A stretch of DNA of 64,000 nt from positions 8,430 to 72,429 of the forward strand of contig CAYVEK010000001.1 of the NCBI GenBank assembly GCA_964450605.1. The letters run 5' to 3'. Below are positions 18,596-29,318 of the stretch, piece by piece. A model generated the notes under the pieces. It saw nothing but the letters and a program-made list of their open reading frames with translations. It did no database searches and had not been told where the DNA came from. Position numbers and translations under genes: made by a program. Source of the DNA: an uncultured Candidatus Saccharibacteria bacterium (GTDB lineage: Bacteria > Patescibacteriota > Minisyncoccia > Phycocordibacterales > CAIZLB01). The stretch's first letter is position 1, and every line of letters begins with the position of its first letter.

Positions 18596-19591
18596 ATGAC
18601 AAATCACAGAGTATATGTAACACGAGCTATACCTCAAAATGGTATAGATCTATTGAGAGATAGGGGATACGAGGTTGTGATCGGCGAAGATATTAAACCT
18701 CTTAAGCCTGGTGCGTTGTATAAGATTTTAAAAAAGGCTGAAAAAGAAGGCAAAGGGTATGATGCGGTTCTTACACTTCTTACAGACAAAGTAAATGCAG
18801 ATATAGTTACATATGCTCCAAAACTAAAAGTGGTGTCAAACTATGCTATAGGATATGACAACTTAGATGTAAAAGGTTTATCTGACAAACAAGTTGTTGT
18901 GACAAATGCTCCAGGTGAATACTGTGCAACAGTGGCTGAGCATGTAGTAGGTCTCATACTTTCACTGGTTCGAAATATTACTCGCGGAGACAGATTTGTT
19001 CGAGCAGGTCTGTACAAAGGTTGGGATCCTATGCTTTTTGTTGGGCAGGATATATCTGGAAAAACACTTGGTCTGATAGGTGCAGGACGTATAGGTGAGA
19101 AGGTTGCCCAGTTTTTAAAATCAGCTTTCAATATGAATATTGTATATTTTGATACTCGACAAAATGAAATGCTCGAGAAAAATTATTCCGCACAAAAAGC
19201 ACAGTCTTTAGATGAGCTTTTAGAAAAGGCGGATGTGGTATCTATTCACGTTCCACTTCTTCCATCTACTCGACATATGGTAGATGAATCATTTATAAAA
19301 AAGATGAAAAAAACAGCATATCTTATAAACAGTTCACGTGGTCCAGTTGTCGATGAGAAGGTTCTTATAAAAGCCCTAAGACGAGGCTGGATACAGGGTG
19401 CTGGGCTTGATGTATTTGAATTTGAACCAAAAATTTCTCGAGGATTACGACGTCTTTCAAATGTTGTGATGACGCCACATATCGCATCTGCAAGTGATGA
19501 AGCAAGAAATGAAATGTCTCGCATAGCATGTGAAAATATAATTGATGTATTTGAAGGAAGAACTCCAAAAGGATTAGTCAGACCACAATAA
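18596..19591 (+). CDS. D-isomer-specific 2-hydroxyacid dehydrogenase (glyoxylate/hydroxypyruvate reductase family)
   Basis: NAD-binding GLIGAGRIG; catalytic-domain similarity. Confidence 0.8.
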   Translation: MTNHRVYVTRAIPQNGIDLLRDRGYEVVIGEDIKPLKPGALYKILKKAEKEGKGYDAVLTLLTDKVNADIVTYAPKLKVVSNYAIGYDNLDVKGLSDKQVVVTNAPGEYCATVAEHVVGLILSLVRNITRGDRFVRAGLYKGWDPMLFVGQDISGKTLGLIGAGRIGEKVAQFLKSAFNMNIVYFDTRQNEMLEKNYSAQKAQSLDELLEKADVVSIHVPLLPSTRHMVDESFIKKMKKTAYLINSSRGPVVDEKVLIKALRRGWIQGAGLDVFEFEPKISRGLRRLSNVVMTPHIASASDEARNEMSRIACENIIDVFEGRTPKGLVRPQ

Positions 19592-19613
19592 ACCGTGATA
19601 TACTTTTACACAT

Positions 19614-20219
19614 ATGAAAGTAACTTCAAGTATTCAAAAAGATATTAAGAAAGCATATCTGACTCCAAAGATAGGAGTAAGTGCATCTGCTGACGGTAGT
19701 TTTCTAAGTCAGGATGCTTGTGAGGTAGGTAAACAGCTTGGTAAAGAGATTGTTGAACAAGGAGGTATTATCGTAACAGGCGCCTCTACTGGTTTTCCAT
19801 ATTGGTCTTCTATGGGGGCTAAGCAGGCAGGAGGCCTATCTATCGGTTTTTCTCCAGCAGTGAGTCCAAAAGAACACACTGATGTGTATAGACTGCCTCT
19901 TGATTATATGGATCTTATTTCTTTTACAGGCTTTGGATATCCAGGACGAGATCTTATTTTTACCCGATCATGCGACGGTATCATCATTGGTCCCGGTCGT
20001 ATAGGTACTATACATGAGTTTACTATCGCTTTTGAAGACGAAAAACCTATGGGAATACTAGAAAGTGATTGCTGGGAAACTGATGAAGTTTTAAAACTTA
20101 TCATTGAAAAAAGTCATAGAAAAAATAGATATATCGTTTTTGATAATGATCCAAGAAGACTTGTAACAAAAGTTATGAATCTAGTGCGAGAGAAGTGGGA
20201 AGCTGAGGGGAGGTTGTGA
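19614..20219 (+). CDS. LOG/TIGR00725-like Rossmann-fold protein
   Basis: VTGASTGF...PGRIGTIHEF resembles LOG-family GGGxG / PGGxGT motifs. Confidence 0.55.
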   Translation: MKVTSSIQKDIKKAYLTPKIGVSASADGSFLSQDACEVGKQLGKEIVEQGGIIVTGASTGFPYWSSMGAKQAGGLSIGFSPAVSPKEHTDVYRLPLDYMDLISFTGFGYPGRDLIFTRSCDGIIIGPGRIGTIHEFTIAFEDEKPMGILESDCWETDEVLKLIIEKSHRKNRYIVFDNDPRRLVTKVMNLVREKWEAEGRL

Positions 20220-20256
20220 TTTGCAGTGTGGTGTGAGTGTGTGAGATAATTTATTT

Positions 20257-20955
20257 ATGAAAAAAATAATTATCGCATTAGTACTGATAGTAGGTGTTGG
20301 CTTCATTGTATTTTCAAGTATAAAAAAATCTGAGTTTTCAAATGAAAAAAACCGCGCAGCAACACTTATGTTGGGTGATGAATCTGATGAATCAGGAAAT
20401 ATACTTCTTGATCAAGAAGATGAAGATTCTCATGAAGATAATTCAAATATAAGTGGTTCTGAAATGGTAAAGCCGATAGTTGGTTGTAGAAATCCAATGG
20501 CGTGTAATTTCGATGAAACTGCTACTGTCAACGGAGGTATGTGTGATTATGCTTTCTGGTCTGCGCCTAAAAGCTCAGAACCTTCAGAGCTATTTCCAAA
20601 AGAATTTTATTTTGTAGAGCCTGATCATACTGTACGTCTAAATCCTAAACCATTCGAATCAAAAAATAATACAGATTCAAAAGAAGCTTTTATAAAAGTT
20701 GTACCTAAGAAAGTATGTCAGGCATCTGGTTGTGTGGCGCTTAGTATCATACGGTTCTCTATGCCAGCAGGAGAGTTGCCTGTTATTACAGATCCAGCAT
20801 TTAAACCTACAATTGAAACAAAAGGATGGGTTACTAAAAAGACAGCTAATGCTGTTATAGGAATGAAAGCTTGTGATCAAGCTCAGAAACCTGTAGTGCC
20901 AGCAAAATATAAACAAGATCCGATTCGACTCGATCCAAAATCTAAAACTAGATAA
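20257..20955 (+). CDS. hypothetical secreted/anchored Cys-containing protein (232 aa)
   Basis: N-terminal signal/anchor; acidic low-complexity stretch; several Cys. Confidence 0.5.
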   Translation: MKKIIIALVLIVGVGFIVFSSIKKSEFSNEKNRAATLMLGDESDESGNILLDQEDEDSHEDNSNISGSEMVKPIVGCRNPMACNFDETATVNGGMCDYAFWSAPKSSEPSELFPKEFYFVEPDHTVRLNPKPFESKNNTDSKEAFIKVVPKKVCQASGCVALSIIRFSMPAGELPVITDPAFKPTIETKGWVTKKTANAVIGMKACDQAQKPVVPAKYKQDPIRLDPKSKTR

Positions 20956-20967
20956 CCGATCAAAATC

Positions 20968-21000
20968 AAAAAACCGAGTCGGTGATGACTCGGTTTTTTG
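20968..21000. terminator. bidirectional intrinsic terminator between convergent genes
   Basis: AAAAACCGAGTC-ggtgat-GACTCGGTTTTTTG, 7-bp stem, A-run 5' and T-run 3'. Confidence 0.6.
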
Positions 21001-21013
21001 ATTTGTTAGCGTA

Positions 21014-21361
21014 TTACGCGATAACTGATTTTACAAATCTTTCAAATACAGCTGGTTCATTCTGGGCCATATCAGCCATGATCTTTCGATCAACTTCGAT
21101 ATTTTTCTTTTTAAGTGTCCCGATGAATTTACTGTATGTAAGACCGTGAGTTCGTAGTGCTGCGTTTATCTTAACATTCCACAATCTTCGAAAATCTCCT
21201 TTTTTATCTCGTCGATGAGTGAAAGCTGTGTTAAGTGAGTGAACAATCTGTTCGTAGGCTAGTTTTTCTTTACTTTTTCTTGGACCACGAAAACCTTTTG
21301 CCATCTTTAGAACATTTCGTCGTGTTTTCGCTGCATGAACTCCTTTTTTTACTCGTACCAT
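21014..21361 (-). CDS. rplT: 50S ribosomal protein L20
   Basis: 115 aa; MVRVKKGVHAAKTRR... classic L20. Confidence 0.95.
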   Translation of the reverse strand: MVRVKKGVHAAKTRRNVLKMAKGFRGPRKSKEKLAYEQIVHSLNTAFTHRRDKKGDFRRLWNVKINAALRTHGLTYSKFIGTLKKKNIEVDRKIMADMAQNEPAVFERFVKSVIA

Positions 21362-21403
21362 ATGTTTAACGTATTAGATTAATGTAGATAAATAGGGGAT
21401 TGA

Positions 21404-21595
21404 TTATAGATGTGCTAAGAAACGTCGTTTCTCTTTTGATGTCATACTAAAATCAGTCATTCGTTTTTTTGCGAGCTGTTTTCGTCCACTCTCCTTAGCG
21501 TTGAAGTGTCCGTGTCCAGTTCCTCGAACTTTGATTTTGCCATTTTTACTTACTTTAAGTCTTTTGGCGAAAGATTTATTTGATTTTACTGCCAT
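21404..21595 (-). CDS. rpmI: 50S ribosomal protein L35
   Basis: 63 aa basic protein; L35 similarity; infC-rpmI-rplT order. Confidence 0.9.
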   Translation of the reverse strand: MAVKSNKSFAKRLKVSKNGKIKVRGTGHGHFNAKESGRKQLAKKRMTDFSMTSKEKRRFLAHL

Positions 21596-21686
21596 ACTTT
21601 TTGTGCAAATTATAATTAATAAGTCTCGAGGCGAGAACCACTAAGGGTTCTACTTCTAGTGCCTTGTCGACGGATCATGTCGTTGA

Positions 21687-22244
21687 TTATTTCTTTTTTT
21701 CAATCACCAAAGCCGGTCCTTTAGGTCCTTTTTTGATGGGAACAGATATTCGATAATCTACTGATATAAGGTTAAGGTATTTTTGAAGCTTTTCCTGTAA
21801 AAAGGCATCATCGAGGATGAATTTTGATCGTCCTGAGATAAATAGCTCTACTTTTACCTGATTGCCTTCTTCGAGCCATTCTGAGGCTTTTTTAGCCTTC
21901 ATAGATAGGTCGTTTTCTCCAGTACCTATCTTTATCTGAATATTCTTAATCTCAACGACTCGGGCAGTAGCTTTTGAGGCTTTCTGCTTCTTGTTCTCGT
22001 CATACTGAAATTTACCATAATCCTGGATTTTTGCAACAGGCGGGTTGGCATTTGGAGATATCTCTATAAGGTCAAGGCCGGCCTCTTCGGCAAGGGCTCG
22101 GGCAGCAGAATTGCTCATCACACCGAGATTATTGCCTTCAGCGTCGATAACTCGTAGTTCAGGCGCTTTTATATAGTGGTTTATATTGATTCGAGGGGTA
22201 TTATTTCGGGGATTGTTGTAGGAGTTGTTGTATGGTTGAGCCAA
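21687..22244 (-). CDS. infC: translation initiation factor IF-3
   Basis: IF3 N- and C-domain similarity (LRVIDAEGNNLGVMS...; KVELFISGR...); true start may be a non-ATG codon. Confidence 0.9.
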   Translation of the reverse strand: MAQPYNNSYNNPRNNTPRININHYIKAPELRVIDAEGNNLGVMSNSAARALAEEAGLDLIEISPNANPPVAKIQDYGKFQYDENKKQKASKATARVVEIKNIQIKIGTGENDLSMKAKKASEWLEEGNQVKVELFISGRSKFILDDAFLQEKLQKYLNLISVDYRISVPIKKGPKGPALVIEKKK

Positions 22245-22565
22245 GGTTTTTGTGTGTTTTGCTTAAATTATCTTTGTTTTTATAGGGATATTGTAGCAGG
22301 GGGATGGGGATGTGGCAAGGGGGTTAGATGATTATGTAAATGTTTTCAGGCCAGTGAATCATTACGATGATATTGACATATTGGATAATTATGATATGCA
22401 ATATATAATATAGAGTACATTGAAATTTTGCGAGATCACCGTAGCTACAAGCTGTCTAATTCCTAGACATTTTCTAGCTACGGTGACACAGGTTATCCTC
22501 TGGCAAATCACAATCATAGGACACGTTCAAAAGAACACGTCCACATCCAATAGAACAAACACGTC

Positions 22566-23168
22566 ATGGCTGACACGTCTGAAATGATTAGTCTCCCGCA
22601 GGCCCTCGAACTCGCGCATGCGCTTCTGCGCAACGGTTGGAAGCCAGCCGATGTGAAGTGGCTCAGCGTTGGCGAACGCCTCGCAGCGGTCCTTCCTCTG
22701 GTGCGAGGAACGGCTGAGATCAAGATCGTCAAACATCTGATTGATCTTGCAGTCGATCCCTTCGTTCCCGACAGTTGCAAAGGCGTCGAGCATCACGAAA
22801 AAGGCGCCACAGACTTCGAATGGGATCCGGCCAAGGTTCGCCTCCATATCTCCGAGAACCAGAAAGACAGCAAGAAGGTCGAAGGTAACGAGCTCCGCAA
22901 GGAGCTCGCTAAAGAAATGTCGTTCAATGCCAACCTTCTGGACTACCTCCTGAAGAATCCGCACCTCATTCCCGAGGAGTGGAAGAAAGATGAGGCGGGC
23001 AACACCCGCTACATCTACATCTACTTCTGGGGGACGATCTACCGCGGCTCCGATGACTACCAGTGTGTCCGCTACCTCTACTGGAATGGTACGGAGTGGG
23101 ACTGGGACGTCGATTGGCTCGACAGTCATTGGGAATCAAGCTACCCTGCTGCTTGTCTCGCAAAGTAG
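22566..23168 (+). CDS. hypothetical protein (200 aa) encoded on a GC-rich island; Trp/Tyr/Asp-rich C-terminus
   Basis: Clean 603-nt ORF with GC3-rich codon usage (CGC/CTC/GAG) unlike its flanks; about 55% GC against about 38%; own terminator downstream; no family recognised. Confidence 0.55.
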   Translation: MADTSEMISLPQALELAHALLRNGWKPADVKWLSVGERLAAVLPLVRGTAEIKIVKHLIDLAVDPFVPDSCKGVEHHEKGATDFEWDPAKVRLHISENQKDSKKVEGNELRKELAKEMSFNANLLDYLLKNPHLIPEEWKKDEAGNTRYIYIYFWGTIYRGSDDYQCVRYLYWNGTEWDWDVDWLDSHWESSYPAACLAK

Positions 23169-23258
23169 GCTAGACTTCAAGTCTTGTCCACTTCGGTCTG
23201 GCCCTTCGGCGATTTATCGCCAAACGCTCAGGAAGATACAGCGTTCGTAAACTTCCGG

Positions 23259-23286
23259 CCCTGTGCATTCGCGCAGGGTCTTTTCA
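23259..23286 (+). terminator. intrinsic terminator of the island-1 gene
   Basis: CCCTGTGC-ATTC-GCGCAGGG, 8-bp stem with one GU wobble, then TCTTTTC. Confidence 0.6.
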
Positions 23287-23425
23287 TATATAAATTATGA
23301 CAGGTATTTAAACTGTGTCTAAGAGTAGAATATTCGCCAATCTTGATAACGATTCAAAACCGCAGGCCTTAAAATTTTATTTCGGACTTTTAAAACATGG
23401 AAACATCAGAAAACTGCAAGATCTT

Positions 23426-24499
23426 TTACAAAACCCCCTTAAACACTCCAACAATCTTTTCCAAAAACTTATCCCACAAACTTCGATTTAACCACTCGGC
23501 GTATTTTACAGTTTCTGAATTTTCATGAAGTTTCGCTATGTCTTTTTTTACAGTTTCAACAGTTATATCATCTCGCACAAAAACTCCATTTTCAAAGTTG
23601 TATCGAAGTGAGATATTGTCGAGGTTTAGACTTCCTATAAAAACAGTATCGTCCAGTATGGATACTTTTGCATGTAACATGTCTCTACAAAGGTGAATAC
23701 GTACTCCTTGTTTTAATAGTTTTGTAAAATATGTCCGAGCTGCTATATCAACCGTTCGATAGTCGGTATTTTGAGGAAGGTATATATCAACTTCAACCCC
23801 TTTTCTTTTTGCGCGTAAAATTTCAGATACAAATTGTCTACCAGGTACAAAATACGGAGCGATGAGAGTTATGCTTCGAGTTGCTGATTTTAGTAGTTTC
23901 AAATACGTATAATATATGTGACGTGCTCGCAAAAGAGGGGCTTGATATGCGTATTGATGCGTATGAAGTGGGTCAAGACTGTAAGAAAACTTTTTTTCAT
24001 GATGAAAACGAATACTTCGTCTCTTTGCATATCGAAGCATGTTTTTAAAATCAGCTACTGCTCGGTGTATCACATGCTCATTTGTAATAGGTAGGTTTGC
24101 ATCAATCCAGTTTTGTGTTTTATTTCCTATGCACCATCCTCCCATGTACACAATCTTATTATCTATGATAAGCGATCGTTTATGATTGCGAAAAAACCAT
24201 GAGCGTTTGTTTTTGAAGCTCCAAGGAGTGAGCCAGTTAAAATATTCTATATGAACTCCAGCAGTTGTTGCATTTTTTTCTTCGCGACTACCGCTCAAGT
24301 CTCGTGCACCGAGTGCGTCGAAAAGACAGTGTACTTTAACTCCATGTGAAGCTTTATGTGCGAGAGCTTTTATAAAACTTTTGCCGATTTCGTCGTTGTC
24401 AAAATAAAACGTCTGAAAAAATATTTCATGTTCTGCCTGCTGTATTGCAGAGAGGAGTTCGTCTACGATATCAGATGTTTTTTTGACAATAGGGTTCAT
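23426..24499 (-). CDS. phospholipase D / cardiolipin synthase-like protein (two HKD-type motifs)
   Basis: Second motif LHAKVSILDD...IGSLNLD (HxKxxxxD...GSxN); first motif degenerate (NHKRSLIIDN). Confidence 0.65.
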   Translation of the reverse strand: MNPIVKKTSDIVDELLSAIQQAEHEIFFQTFYFDNDEIGKSFIKALAHKASHGVKVHCLFDALGARDLSGSREEKNATTAGVHIEYFNWLTPWSFKNKRSWFFRNHKRSLIIDNKIVYMGGWCIGNKTQNWIDANLPITNEHVIHRAVADFKNMLRYAKRRSIRFHHEKKFSYSLDPLHTHQYAYQAPLLRARHIYYTYLKLLKSATRSITLIAPYFVPGRQFVSEILRAKRKGVEVDIYLPQNTDYRTVDIAARTYFTKLLKQGVRIHLCRDMLHAKVSILDDTVFIGSLNLDNISLRYNFENGVFVRDDITVETVKKDIAKLHENSETVKYAEWLNRSLWDKFLEKIVGVFKGVL

Positions 24500-24502
24500 G
24501 TA

Positions 24503-25690
24503 TTATTTTACTTTAGCAAAATTGAATTTACCTTTTTGTAATACATCTCCGGATGATAGGGTAGTAGACATATCTTCAACGACAGAACCATTTATCTTTA
24601 CACCTTTTTCCTCAAGAACTCTTCGAGCTTCACTTTTACTTTTCACAAGATTACTTTGAACGAGTGCACTCACTACGTCTTTTTCTGCACCTAGTTGAAA
24701 TTCAGGAACGTCTGTAGGTATCTCTTTGTCTTGTATGGTTTTCTTAAAGTATTCATCAGCCTTGTCTGCTTCAATGTCGCTGTGATACATAGAAACAAGT
24801 GTGTGAGCGAGTTTCTTTTTTGCATCCATCGGATGAAGAGAATTATTTGCAAGTTGTGTTTTTATCTCTTCAACTTCTGCCATAGGTACTCGAGTGAGTA
24901 GTGTAAAATAATCTACGATTAATTCGTCTTGCATACTCATAACTTTTCCATACATTGTATTTGGATCATCCATCAAGTTTATAGTGTTACCCCAACTTGA
25001 ACTCATTTTTCTTCCGTCGAGTCCGTTTACGATAGGGCACATCATTATCTGTTGTTCTGGTTGTCCATATAGCTTTTGTAGTGTTCGTCCAGCAAGTAGG
25101 TTGAATCGCTGGTCAGTTCCTCCGAGCTCAACATCTGCATGTAGTGCTACAGAGTCGTATCCTTGCATAAGAGGATACATAAGTTCACGCATAGATACTC
25201 GAGATCCACTCTCTATACGTTTTGCTATAAGTTCTCGACCAATAAAATCATTGATAGAAAAAGCATCAGCCTGTTTACATACTTCAAGATATGACAACTT
25301 TGACAACCATTCACTGTTTCGTACAACTTCAACTTTTGATATGTCGAGTATTTTTCCAACCTGCTCGAGATATGTTTCCATATTTTTCTTAACCGTATCT
25401 TCGACAAGCATTGGTCGTTCTGCGTTTTTATCAGAAGTATCACCGATAACTCCAGTAAAATCACCGATCAAAAAGATAACTTGATGACCAAGATTTTGAA
25501 AATCTCGAAGCTTTAAAAGGGGGATAGTTCGTCCTAGGTGGATGTTTGGACTTGTAGGGTCTATACCGAGTTTTATACGAAGAGGTTTACCTTCGGCAAG
25601 TTTCTTTTTAAGTTCTTCTTCGTGAATGATCTCAACAACACCTCGTTTGAGCAGGGTGGTTGTCAGGTCGTCTGTATGTGTATGTGCCAT
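24503..25690 (-). CDS. tyrS: tyrosyl-tRNA synthetase with C-terminal S4-like domain
   Basis: HIGH-region HLGR, GHQVIFLIGDFTGVIGD, KMSSS motif, C-terminal S4-like RRVLEEKGVKINGSVV. Confidence 0.85.
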   Translation of the reverse strand: MAHTHTDDLTTTLLKRGVVEIIHEEELKKKLAEGKPLRIKLGIDPTSPNIHLGRTIPLLKLRDFQNLGHQVIFLIGDFTGVIGDTSDKNAERPMLVEDTVKKNMETYLEQVGKILDISKVEVVRNSEWLSKLSYLEVCKQADAFSINDFIGRELIAKRIESGSRVSMRELMYPLMQGYDSVALHADVELGGTDQRFNLLAGRTLQKLYGQPEQQIMMCPIVNGLDGRKMSSSWGNTINLMDDPNTMYGKVMSMQDELIVDYFTLLTRVPMAEVEEIKTQLANNSLHPMDAKKKLAHTLVSMYHSDIEADKADEYFKKTIQDKEIPTDVPEFQLGAEKDVVSALVQSNLVKSKSEARRVLEEKGVKINGSVVEDMSTTLSSGDVLQKGKFNFAKVK

Positions 25691-25780
25691 AATATATGTA
25701 GTATGCGGGTTTTTGGAGTGGGTGGCAAGGGGGTACTTTATATACTGAAATCCCGCTAAAACTATGCTACTATCAAAAAT

Positions 25781-28760
<2,980 letters not shown>

Positions 28761-28767
28761 ACCGTGC

Positions 28768-29003
28768 AAATAAAAACCCGCCCTCAGTCGTTCTTTGTGT
28801 GCTTGTTCGATACCCAAACCAAATATGCACTGAAACGAAAGAGGGACGGGCTCCATTTGAAAGAGGGGGTACCTACTAAACACTGATCTGTAGCCGCAAG
28901 CAACCAATAACGGTTCCAAATGCTCTGGTTCATCAGCAACCCCTCTTTCTCCCGAAAGTTCTTGTTACATATAATCATAGTGTGTTTATGACTTATATGC
29001 AAA
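28768..29003 (-). ncRNA. candidate structured RNA (second of two minus-strand transcripts in the tgt/dnaE spacer)
   Basis: Minus strand: long-range helix AAAGAGGGG/CCCCUCUUU; 3' helix CCCGUCCCUC (28841-50) / GAGGGCGGG (28777-85) followed by UUUUUAUUU; no credible ORF. Confidence 0.3.
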
Positions 29004-29141
29004 TAAAAAAAGGACCGCATCGCGCGTTTCCACGCGATGCGGTTGGAATTCGGGTCACAGGCGAAGTGACCCAAATCCACTTTTGGAACGGCCCGGCGAC
29101 CAAACCGGGACCGTTGTTCCTCGTTACCAACAAAGTGCTGT
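29004..29141 (-). ncRNA. candidate small RNA (about 138 nt, three GC-rich hairpins) with own promoter and terminator
   Basis: Minus strand: hairpins GGAACAACGGUCCCGG...CCGGGCCGUUCC and GGGUCAC-uucgccu-GUGACCC; terminator CCGCAUCGCG-uggaaacg-CGCGAUGCGG (10-bp perfect stem, 29016-29043) then UCCUUUUUUUAUUU; no start codon or ORF in the transcript. Confidence 0.5.
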
Positions 29142-29146
29142 CAACA

Positions 29147-29175
29147 AGTATAACCTTGCGGTTAAGTATTGTCAA
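29147..29175 (-). promoter_or_regulatory. near-consensus sigma70-type promoter for the candidate sRNA
   Basis: Minus strand TTGACA (29175-29170), 17-nt spacer, TATACT (29152-29147). Confidence 0.5.
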
Positions 29176-29185
29176 CATATTGTGT

Positions 29186-29223
29186 AAAAAAATGAACCCG
29201 GGGGAACCTGTGTCCCCCCGGGT
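29186..29223 (-). terminator. intrinsic terminator of dnaE
   Basis: Minus strand GACCCGGGGGGAC-acag-GUUCCCCCGGG then UUCAUUUUUUU. Confidence 0.6.
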
Positions 29224-29318
29224 CTGGCAGCTGGGAGAAAGTCTGACCTTAATCCCTTCGCACCAAGCGGTGGACGGATGGGCAGCTCCAGCATCTATTT
29301 TGTATCATATCCAAGATA

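Noticed and set aside
22514-23250. Multiple overlapping ORFs in GC-rich island 1 (22514..22780 -, 22527..23129 -, 22741..22953 +, 22966..23163 -, 22990..23250 +)
   Set aside because: High-GC DNA produces long stop-free frames on both strands. Only 22566..23168 + has a clean ATG start, a coherent non-repetitive translation, and a downstream terminator. The others are Arg/Ser/Pro-rich composition artefacts.
23169-23290. Integron attC-like recombination sites at the 3' ends of the three GC-rich cassettes
   Set aside because: The hairpins are perfect and followed by T-runs, which are terminator properties. The R''/R' core sites (RYYYAAC / GTTRRRY) and extrahelical bases expected for attC were not found.
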